64,000 nt of DNA, from the NCBI GenBank assembly GCA_964500465.1, contig CAZCNB010000001.1:34567-98566 (forward strand). Reading direction: 5' to 3'. Each line of letters opens with the position of its first letter. Position 1 is the first letter of the stretch. The stretch comes from an uncultured Candidatus Saccharibacteria bacterium (GTDB lineage: Bacteria; Patescibacteriota; Minisyncoccia; Phycocordibacterales; UBA9973). A program made the translations under genes and the position numbers. The notes under the pieces are model-generated. The model had not been told where the DNA came from, searched no databases, and worked only from the letters and a program-made list of their open reading frames with translations. Shown here in pieces: positions 52,096 through 59,394 of this stretch.

Positions 52096-52332
52096 ATGAA
52101 AAAATTTAAAAATAGAAATGGAGGGTTTATTGGAATCTTGTTTATGTTAGTTGCCCTAGCAGCTATAATGATATATATAGTAAGACCAGACATAATAACA
52201 GGTAAAAAAGAAACTAAAGGAATGCTTGAACAAAATCTGGACGTAGTTCAGAAAGCAAAAGATATAAAATCAGTACTTGAAAAAAATTCAGCTAAACAAG
52301 CAGATGAAATAGATAAATTAAATCTTAATTAG
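52096..52332 (+). CDS. Small single-TM protein
   Basis: ORF only, last gene of operon. Confidence 0.3.
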   Translation: MKKFKNRNGGFIGILFMLVALAAIMIYIVRPDIITGKKETKGMLEQNLDVVQKAKDIKSVLEKNSAKQADEIDKLNLN

Positions 52333-52504
52333 TATTTAATTGACAGAAGTAGACATTTGTATCCTAAAGTTAAACTGTGGATAAGTCGCTATCATTAATT
52401 TTAAATAAGAGTAATATATGTAATGAGTCTCGTAAGTATGACGGATACGATCGTAAGTGAATATCTTCAATAGCAATATTGATAGCGCTTGTGAGTCTCA
52501 TAAA

Positions 52505-52530
52505 GAAAACCCCATCAGGGGCTTTTTTTA
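52505..52530 (+). terminator. Intrinsic terminator
   Basis: aaaaccccatcaggggcttttttt. Confidence 0.65.
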
Positions 52531-52557
52531 TACCTATATAAAAATATATAAAAAACC

Positions 52558-52588
52558 TTTACAAAAAGGACTTTAAGTATGGTATAAT
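52558..52588 (+). promoter_or_regulatory. Putative promoter (TTTACA-N19-TGgTATAAT extended -10) for SWIB gene
   Basis: Read directly; spacer slightly long (19). Confidence 0.4.
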
Positions 52589-52636
52589 GTAAGTATTACT
52601 AGTAAAACTTTAACGCTCTATTTTGAGCAAAAAAAT

Positions 52637-52894
52637 ATGCCAGCAACAAAAACATCCGCATTTATGAAACCTATGAATATCAGTGCTGACCTAGCAGCTG
52701 TAGTAGGTAAGGGTCCTATGCCTCGTTCAGAAGTTGTAAAAGCTCTATGGGCTTACATAAAAAAGAACGGTCTTCAAGATCCAAAGAATAAGCGCAACAT
52801 AAATGCAGACGACAATCTAAAGAAAGTATTCGGTGGTAAAGGAGTTGTAAACATGTTTGAAATGACAAAACTCGTTTCAAAACACCTTTCATAA
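52637..52894 (+). CDS. SWIB/MDM2 domain protein
   Basis: LAAVVGKGPMPRSEVVKALWAYIKKNGLQDP...INADDNLKKVFGGK...MFEMTKLVSKHL matches bacterial SWIB proteins. Confidence 0.7.
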   Translation: MPATKTSAFMKPMNISADLAAVVGKGPMPRSEVVKALWAYIKKNGLQDPKNKRNINADDNLKKVFGGKGVVNMFEMTKLVSKHLS

Positions 52895-52921
52895 GAAAAA
52901 ATATAATCTATCAATATAAAT

Positions 52922-52942
52922 GCCGCAGTAATGCGGTTTTTA
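52922..52942 (+). terminator. Intrinsic terminator after SWIB gene
   Basis: gccgcagtaatgcggttttt. Confidence 0.6.
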
Positions 52943-53007
52943 TATTTATCGATATAAAAGGAAAAAACGCGAACTCTAAGAGAACGCGCTTTTCATTGAA
53001 TTGGATT

Positions 53008-53214
53008 TTAGTCAGCTTTCTTAAACTGCAATCTTGGAATTAATAACCAAACCCCAATTAATATCACCGTAATAAGTGATAGGCAGTACACTGTTATACA
53101 AGCAACTGCCATTGGTTCTTTAATTAATTCATTCCAATGATTTATCATTATGGCACCCGTAGGCACCGCAAAGATAAAGAAGCCAACAAAAAGAACTGGG
53201 ATAACTCTTGTCAT
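53008..53214 (-). CDS. Small 2-TM membrane protein
   Basis: ORF only. Confidence 0.3.
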   Translation of the reverse strand: MTRVIPVLFVGFFIFAVPTGAIMINHWNELIKEPMAVACITVYCLSLITVILIGVWLLIPRLQFKKAD

Positions 53215-53337
53215 AGTTATGGATTTAATTGTGAGAATTATCTATATTATAGCATGTTTTTGCCTTATTTGTCAAATAAAATAACCTTATTTTACAGTGT
53301 TTTTTAAGAAAATTATCTAAAATGCTATAATTACTCT

Positions 53338-53952
53338 ATGAAAAAAAATTTAAAAAAAATACTAACCATAGGTTCTTTTGTGGCTTTAATTGTATTTTTA
53401 ATTAGCGGATACATACTAACAAAAGGAAAGGAAACTGAGTTTAATATACTGGAACAAAAAACGGCTGATTATAAAAAAACTACTCTTATAAGAGTATTAA
53501 GATCAGTAATAAGCTTGCCAGATGATAACAACATAACAGTGGGCATGAAAGATGGGGTTGGTAGTTATAAAATTCCTAGTATTAAAAGGGAAGGTGTATT
53601 AAAATTTGAAAATAATTTATTGACTACTAGTTTAGTAAAAGGAACATTTAAAATAGAAGATCCAAGACTAGACGCAATTATTCCTATGGCAGTTAGTTCT
53701 GATTCATTAGATGGATCAAAATACATTATATTATTTCACGATAGGGGGGACTTTGCTATTGAAAAATCGTATGCAAGAATTGGTAATTTAAATACAGAAA
53801 TTAAGAGTATTGAAATAATTGATAAAGACAAAGAAGTAAAAGAGCAGGATTATAGAGTGGTAATAAAATATTTAAATAATGGTAAGGAAAAAGAAACTAC
53901 TATACCAGTAGCTTCTGGGCATTTTGATCCTAGTAGGACGGTATCGAAATAG
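53338..53952 (+). CDS. Hypothetical membrane-anchored/secreted protein
   Basis: N-terminal TM/signal, no motif. Confidence 0.35.
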   Translation: MKKNLKKILTIGSFVALIVFLISGYILTKGKETEFNILEQKTADYKKTTLIRVLRSVISLPDDNNITVGMKDGVGSYKIPSIKREGVLKFENNLLTTSLVKGTFKIEDPRLDAIIPMAVSSDSLDGSKYIILFHDRGDFAIEKSYARIGNLNTEIKSIEIIDKDKEVKEQDYRVVIKYLNNGKEKETTIPVASGHFDPSRTVSK

Positions 53953-53954
53953 GT

Positions 53955-54113
53955 TTATCTTTTTGTCTCCCTCCAATCGTATTCTTCATCCTCATCATCT
54001 TTTTTATCAACAATTGGGGTGCCACAGTTAGCACACTCTTCATCATATGATCTTAAACCACATCTAGGACAAGTTGGATCATTTTTTGTAGCATCTTCTA
54101 ATTCTTCTTCCAT
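53955..54113 (-). CDS. Unlisted 52-aa acidic zinc-ribbon protein (MEEELEDATKNDPTCPRCGLRSYDEECANCGTPIVDKKDDEDEEYDWRETKR)
   Basis: Manual translation of minus strand; two CPxCG/CxNCG knuckles; below ORF-track length cutoff. Confidence 0.4.
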   Translation of the reverse strand: MEEELEDATKNDPTCPRCGLRSYDEECANCGTPIVDKKDDEDEEYDWRETKR

Positions 54114-54259
54114 AAAAATTATTATACTATATTAATATATAACAGAAAAAGTGCTAAAATATAAAATATTATTAGTAGAAAAAATTAAAATATATGGCAA
54201 AAGGAGTATCTCACAAGAAAGAAGCAAAGAAACCAAAGAAGGCAAAAAAGAAGTAGTAA

Positions 54260-54292
54260 CAAAAAACCCTCAATCATAATTGAGGGTTTTTT
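54260..54292. terminator. Bidirectional intrinsic terminator downstream of cspA
   Basis: aaaaaaccctcaatcataattgagggtttttt. Confidence 0.75.
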
Positions 54293-54302
54293 GTTAGGTT
54301 AA

Positions 54303-54500
54303 CTATGCACGTTGTACGTTTACAGCGCTAGGTCCTTTTGCAGTTTCTTCTGTGTCAAAAGTAACAGCATCACCTTCACGTAATTCATCGAATGATACGT
54401 TTACAAGAGAGTTACTGTGAAAGAATAGATCTTTTGCAAGTCCTTCTCCTGTTATGAAACCGAAACCTTTATCAGTAAGCTTTTTTATTGAGCCAGTCAT
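54303..54500 (-). CDS. cspA: Cold-shock protein (CSD)
   Basis: GSIKKLTDKGFGFIT RNP1 and DVSFDEL...VTFD RNP2 regions. Confidence 0.9.
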   Translation of the reverse strand: MTGSIKKLTDKGFGFITGEGLAKDLFFHSNSLVNVSFDELREGDAVTFDTEETAKGPSAVNVQRA

Positions 54501-54767
54501 TGATTTGATTTGTTATAAATTGTTAAAAATAAGATAGATGTATAAAAATCGACTTTTTTCTAGATAGACCTTATGTTCTAAGATATTACAATATTTAAAG
54601 TTTTTTGTCAAAATTTAGTATTATAAGATAATAAAATATTGACAAAATTTGATATAAATGATATTCTTTAAACGTTGAAATACTCCTAAGTGCGTGTATA
54701 TAAGTGTTTCAATCTTTTGCCTGATTTACAGGTAATTATTTATTTTTGAAACACGTAAAATTTAATT

Positions 54768-56048
54768 ATGATTACAAGCAGTAAAAAAAGCTCCAGTAAG
54801 AGCTCATATTCACACGGTCCCAAAAGACCTAATTCTAATTTTAAAAAGAGTTCGAGATCTGAATTTCGTAAAGATAAACCTTCATTTAGAGGTAAACCTT
54901 TTAATAATCGAAATAGTAGGAACAAGAAAAAAAATCTGTTTGAAAGAATAGATGTATCTAGGTTTATAAGCAAAGCAACTATTGTAGAGAAGGAAGAAAT
55001 ATATCTTCCAACTCACACGTTTAGTGATTTTGCTATAGATGCTCGACTAAAAACTGCAATTGCAAACAAACAATATATCTATCCAAGTCCTATTCAAGAT
55101 AAATCCATACCTCATGCACTTGAAGGCAGAGATATTTTAGGTATAGCAAACACTGGCACAGGTAAAACTGCAGCGTTTTTGATACCTATAATAAACAAGA
55201 TATTAAAAGATCATAAAGAAACTGCAATAATAATTGCCCCAACCCGTGAACTTGCGCTTCAAATAGAGAAAGAATTTGTAGAATTTACAAAAGGAATGAA
55301 AATATGGTCGGTATCTTGTGTTGGTGGTGCACCAATATTTGCACAAATAAAAAACCTACGCAGAGGATGTAATGTAGTTATAGGAACACCAGGTAGGTTA
55401 CTTGACCTTGTTAAGCGTAAAGAAATAGATTTATCAGACACTAAAAGTGTTGTGCTTGATGAAGCAGATAGAATGTTAGATATGGGATTCATAGATGATA
55501 TTACATTTCTTCTTGAAAAAACTTCCAAAGATAGGCAAGGCTTCTTCTTCTCAGCTACACTTCCAAAGCCTATAGAAAAGCTAATTGAAAAATTTGCGAA
55601 AGATCCAGTACGTGTGATGGTAAAGACACGTGATACTTCAAAAAATGTTGAACAAGATATTGTTCGTGTCGCTCGTGGAGTAGAGAAAATAGATGTACTT
55701 ACAGAATTGCTTCAAAAAAATGATGAATTCAAGAAAGTTGTAATTTTCTCAGAAATGAAACATGCAGTAGAGAAACTTGCAAACGAGCTAATCAAGAGGG
55801 GATTTAAAGCCGGTAGTATACATGGAGACAAACGACATAATGATAGGCAAAGAACTCTTAAAAAATTTAAAGACAACGAAATAAATATACTAGTTGCTAC
55901 AGATGTAGCTGCAAGGGGTTTAGATATTCCAAACGTGACTCATGTCATAAATTATGAAATACCTCAAACATATGACACCTACGTTCACCGTATAGGCCGT
56001 ACAGGCCGTGCTAGTGCCAAAGGTTTTGCCCTTACTTTTGTTGGTTAA
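54768..56048 (+). CDS. DEAD-box ATP-dependent RNA helicase with basic Ser/Lys-rich N-terminal extension
   Basis: Q-motif PSPIQ, Walker A ANTGTGKTAAF, DEAD (VLDEADRML), SAT, HRIGRTGRA. Confidence 0.9.
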   Translation: MITSSKKSSSKSSYSHGPKRPNSNFKKSSRSEFRKDKPSFRGKPFNNRNSRNKKKNLFERIDVSRFISKATIVEKEEIYLPTHTFSDFAIDARLKTAIANKQYIYPSPIQDKSIPHALEGRDILGIANTGTGKTAAFLIPIINKILKDHKETAIIIAPTRELALQIEKEFVEFTKGMKIWSVSCVGGAPIFAQIKNLRRGCNVVIGTPGRLLDLVKRKEIDLSDTKSVVLDEADRMLDMGFIDDITFLLEKTSKDRQGFFFSATLPKPIEKLIEKFAKDPVRVMVKTRDTSKNVEQDIVRVARGVEKIDVLTELLQKNDEFKKVVIFSEMKHAVEKLANELIKRGFKAGSIHGDKRHNDRQRTLKKFKDNEINILVATDVAARGLDIPNVTHVINYEIPQTYDTYVHRIGRTGRASAKGFALTFVG

Positions 56049-56111
56049 TAATCACGATTTGACATGTAATAATATATATGATAAATTGTAGGTCACTAAA
56101 TTAGTTTCCTT

Positions 56112-56219
56112 ATGCGTTTGAACAACAAGCACAACAGAAAGTCCCCGGATAAAATCCGTGGCAACGGTAGCAAAAGAAAGGGTAAAGGTTTCAAAAACAA
56201 AACAAAACCTTACCGTTAA
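56112..56219 (+). CDS. Candidate micro-ORF, 35 aa, extremely basic (MRLNNKHNRKSPDKIRGNGSKRKGKGFKNKTKPYR)
   Basis: Manual translation; embedded in multi-helix RNA structure and followed by strong terminator; may be non-coding. Confidence 0.25.
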   Translation: MRLNNKHNRKSPDKIRGNGSKRKGKGFKNKTKPYR

Positions 56220-56248
56220 AATTATTAAGCCGGGGGTTCAATCAAACA

Positions 56249-56289
56249 GGTCAGCGAAGCATTATGCGAGCTGGCCTTGTTTTTATTTT
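56249..56289 (+). terminator. Intrinsic terminator
   Basis: ggtcagcgaagcattatgcgagctggcc (7-bp stem with G-U) followed by ttgtttttatttt. Confidence 0.65.
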
Positions 56290-56562
56290 GGTTGACATTT
56301 AACCCTTACGAGTATATAAACAAATTAACTAAATCTTTATGTCATGAGGAAGTCAAACACACGCAAAAAAGTACTCCGCTGGATACTTGCGGATTTGCGA
56401 ATCGCATTCAAAAAAGCAAAAATAAGAAAAAAATTAAATGAAGCTTACCATAAAATGATAAACTCAAGACCAAGAATTTACTGGTAAGACTTCCAAAGGG
56501 GGTCAGTGCATATCTGTTTATGATAGATATATACTGGCCCTTTCTTTTGATATAATATAAAA

Positions 56563-56949
56563 ATGAAAAAGTATGAAAAAGAAGTAAGTAAATATCTTAA
56601 AGAAAGGAGTTGGGACAAGTTAAGGCCAGGGGATGTTGCCAAATCTATTTCAATAGAATCTGCTGAACTTCTTGAAATATTTCAATGGACTAATCCGACA
56701 TTGGAAGAAGTAAAAAAAGATAAGGAAAAATTAAAACAGATCCAAAAAGAACTATCGGATGTACTTATTTATTGTTTTAATATGAGTGTACTTTTGAATT
56801 TAGATACAGGAAAAATACTATTAGAAAAATTAAATCAAGTAAAAAAGAAATATCCTGCACATTTATTTAAAAACAGAGATAAAAATATAGATGCAGGCTC
56901 AGAAGAAATTTATTGGAAAATAAAACAAGCTTATAGAAAAAATAAATAA
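56563..56949 (+). CDS. MazG-like nucleotide pyrophosphohydrolase (YpjD-type)
   Basis: EVSKYLKERSW..ESAELLEIFQW all-alpha NTP-PPase pattern; TATAAT 14 nt upstream of start. Confidence 0.65.
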   Translation: MKKYEKEVSKYLKERSWDKLRPGDVAKSISIESAELLEIFQWTNPTLEEVKKDKEKLKQIQKELSDVLIYCFNMSVLLNLDTGKILLEKLNQVKKKYPAHLFKNRDKNIDAGSEEIYWKIKQAYRKNK

Positions 56950-57011
56950 AAAAACTCCCAGAACAACTTGCGTCGTAATGGGAGGTTAACCAATTTATAG
57001 AACCAGTTTTG

Positions 57012-57704
57012 TTAAACGATTTCGTACAATTTACTAAGATCGTTATACTCTACATTTCCCCGGAAATATTCGGCGATTTTAGTGTCATAAGCCGCCAAAG
57101 TTTCAAACGTCCTCAGAAAACCCCGGAAACGCTGTGAGAGCGTTGTGTGGCCATGATGAGCGTTAATCTCACCAATGAGTGAATCGTAAGCTTCAGATGT
57201 GTAATCCGGTACTGTCATGACACGGTGGAAGTTTTTTCCAGCAGCTCGTAAAGCTGAAGGTCCGCCTACATCAATATGCCCTCGTGCCACTTCAGCAGTG
57301 ACATCTGCACTTGATATAACTTTTTCAAACGGGTAGAGATCCACCACCACAAGATCAATTGGCACGGCACTTTCTCTGGCCAAATCAGCCTGGTGAGCTT
57401 CTGAAAAAGTTTCAGTGAGATAACCGAGGAAAAACTTATGGTGGAGAGTTTTCACCAACCCTCCATCTGTTTCCGGCATGCCTGTGTATTGTGAAGCTTC
57501 AAACAGACGGCCTTTTGATGTTGAGAGGTCCATCTCTTTATCGAGATGGGTATAAGTTCCGCCGCTTGAAAAAATTTTCAAACCAGGACAGATACTGAGC
57601 AGTTGCTCAACAAGTTGTCCGAGTTGGCTTTTATCATATACTGATATAAAAGCATGCTTAACAGGTACTAAGTCCTGTATTTTTTTTACGTTTCTGATAG
57701 ACAT
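57012..57704 (-). CDS. Stand-alone IMP cyclohydrolase (PurH N-terminal MGS-like) domain protein
   Basis: FISVYDKS, SSGGT, YTGMPETDGGLVKTLHHK, PIDLVVVDLYPF, IDVGGPSALRAAGKN, TLAAYD align to PurH residues 1-200; no AICAR-transformylase domain; local GC clearly above window average. Confidence 0.8.
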   Translation of the reverse strand: MSIRNVKKIQDLVPVKHAFISVYDKSQLGQLVEQLLSICPGLKIFSSGGTYTHLDKEMDLSTSKGRLFEASQYTGMPETDGGLVKTLHHKFFLGYLTETFSEAHQADLARESAVPIDLVVVDLYPFEKVISSADVTAEVARGHIDVGGPSALRAAGKNFHRVMTVPDYTSEAYDSLIGEINAHHGHTTLSQRFRGFLRTFETLAAYDTKIAEYFRGNVEYNDLSKLYEIV

Positions 57705-57816
57705 ACAAAGTGGTTTTATTGTTTTTTGAATTTAAATACTTACTAGTAAATTAGCATTTACTTAATATTTGTCAATTGACACATAAATACCATTCAAGTA
57801 AACTAGGATTATACGT

Positions 57817-57940
57817 ATGATAAAAAATATTTCAAATATAATTGCATTTAACCCGGCACCGACTCCTAGATAGCAGTCGGGGTATATTATTTTTATCATA
57901 TACATTTAAGCGGCCCCGACCAAGAAGGGGTTTTTATTTT
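57817..57940 (+). promoter_or_regulatory. Candidate transcription attenuator: 18-codon leader peptide (MIKNISNIIAFNPAPTPR) plus alternative hairpins and U-tract upstream of ornithine cyclodeaminase
   Basis: Leader ORF 57817-57873 with 3 Pro codons in last 6; hairpin ccgact/agtcgg (57859-57880); 3' arm gtcggg complementary to cccgac (57915-57920); cccc/gggg stem + TTTTTATTTT (57914-57940). Confidence 0.35.
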
Positions 57941-57959
57941 GTAAAATCTCCAAAGCTAA

Positions 57960-58997
57960 ATGTTTAAAACATATAAAATGAAAATTATAACTGAAGAAGT
58001 ATTAACTGAAATAATAAAAAAGCACGGTTTTGAAAACTTTATAAAAGACTTAATGGTAAAGTTGAAGGAAGATTTTTCTAGATGGCAAGAATTCAATAAG
58101 ATTCCTCGTCCGGCTATGCATGTGCCAGGGGGAGTTTTAGAGCTTATGCCTATATGTGACGATAAATACTACACATTTAAGTACGTCAATTGCCATCCTA
58201 AAAATCCTGAATCAAACCTTATGACAGTTGTTGCAACTGGTCAGCTTTCTCGTATAGATACTGGATACCCACTTATGTTTGGGGAAATGACACTAATGAC
58301 TGCACTTCGTACAGCCGCAACTACTGCAATAGCTACAGATTTAATGGCAAGAAATGATAGTACAGTGCTTGCAATAATAGGCACAGGGGCACAGAGTGAA
58401 TTCCTAGTTAAAGCTATTGGAATGGTGCGTGATATCAAAGAAGTCAGGTATTTTGATACAGATACTAATGCGATGGATAAATTTGAGAGAAACATGGAAG
58501 GAAGTTCGTTTAAACTAATTCGTTGCCAAAGTGGAGAAGAAACAGTGTTGGGCGCTGATATAATAACCACATGTACTGCATGTAAAGCAAATGTAGATGT
58601 CTTAAAAAACTCCTGGATAAAAGAAGGGGTTCATATTAATGGAATCGGTGGTGATACGATTGGAAAAACTGAATTGGAATTTGAAATACTATCTAGATGT
58701 AAAATAGTGGTTGAATACTTCGATCAATGTGTTATAGAAGGGGAAATACAACGTTTTAAGAAAGAAGAAGCTCGTAGTAAGGTGTACGCTGAATTAAATG
58801 AGATAATTAGAGGTGAAAAAGAGGTGAGAATTAATGATGAAGATATAACTCTTTATGACTCAGTTGGTATTGGACTTGAAGATTATTCAGTATTAAGATT
58901 TACTTACGAACTAGCTAGTAAATACAATTTAGGAAAAGAATTAAATCTAACTCCAAATATAGCTGACCCTAAAGATTTAATAGGATTATTAAAATAA
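57960..58997 (+). CDS. Ornithine cyclodeaminase / mu-crystallin family enzyme
   Basis: Rossmann IIGTGAQSEF, OCD family N-terminal region. Confidence 0.8.
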   Translation: MFKTYKMKIITEEVLTEIIKKHGFENFIKDLMVKLKEDFSRWQEFNKIPRPAMHVPGGVLELMPICDDKYYTFKYVNCHPKNPESNLMTVVATGQLSRIDTGYPLMFGEMTLMTALRTAATTAIATDLMARNDSTVLAIIGTGAQSEFLVKAIGMVRDIKEVRYFDTDTNAMDKFERNMEGSSFKLIRCQSGEETVLGADIITTCTACKANVDVLKNSWIKEGVHINGIGGDTIGKTELEFEILSRCKIVVEYFDQCVIEGEIQRFKKEEARSKVYAELNEIIRGEKEVRINDEDITLYDSVGIGLEDYSVLRFTYELASKYNLGKELNLTPNIADPKDLIGLLK

Positions 58998-59008
58998 TAA
59001 TTAAACTT

Positions 59009-59347
59009 ATGATAACAATAGATGATTTTGAAAAAGTTGATATTAGATTAGGTAAAGTAATAAACGTAGAAGATTTCCCAGAAGCCAAAAAACCAGCGTA
59101 TAAACTCACAATTGATTTTGGGGCTGAAGTTGGAATCAAGAGGTCTAGTGTACAACTTGTTGGAACATATAAAAAAGAGGAATTAATAGGTATGCTTGTT
59201 TGCTGTGTGATAAATTTCCCACCAAGGCAAGTAGGCCCTTTTATGTCTGAAGTTCTAACTTTAGGATTCAAAAATACAGAAAGCATGGGATATGTACTTA
59301 TAACTCCTTCAAAAAATACTGTACAAATAGGGGATAAACTTTGCTAA
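59009..59347 (+). CDS. csaA: tRNA-binding domain protein (CsaA/Trbp111-like)
   Basis: FEKVDIRLGKVINVEDFPEAKKPAYKLTIDFG ... OB-fold tRNA-binding signature. Confidence 0.75.
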   Translation: MITIDDFEKVDIRLGKVINVEDFPEAKKPAYKLTIDFGAEVGIKRSSVQLVGTYKKEELIGMLVCCVINFPPRQVGPFMSEVLTLGFKNTESMGYVLITPSKNTVQIGDKLC

Positions 59348-59394
59348 TTTGTTAATAATATATTATTCACACAAAGGTTTGATATAATGTATTT

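Noticed and set aside
56155-56220. tmRNA-like tag reading frame
   Set aside because: The peptide ends ...KPYR, not the hydrophobic ALAA/LAA degron, and no tRNA-like acceptor/T-arm is present.
56130-56240. RNase P RNA-like motifs: AGAAAGUCCCCGG resembles CR-I, and the complement of AAGCCGGGGGUUCAAU resembles CR-V (GAACCCGGCUUA)
   Set aside because: The two elements are only ~90 nt apart and on the same strand, where they pair with each other. No CR-II/III/IV were found and P4 geometry is impossible. Treated instead as an unclassified structured element.
56240-56290. SRP (4.5S) RNA domain IV-like AGGUCAGC...GCUGGCC
   Set aside because: There is no GGAA/GNRA tetraloop or symmetric-loop consensus; the hairpin is better explained as an intrinsic terminator.
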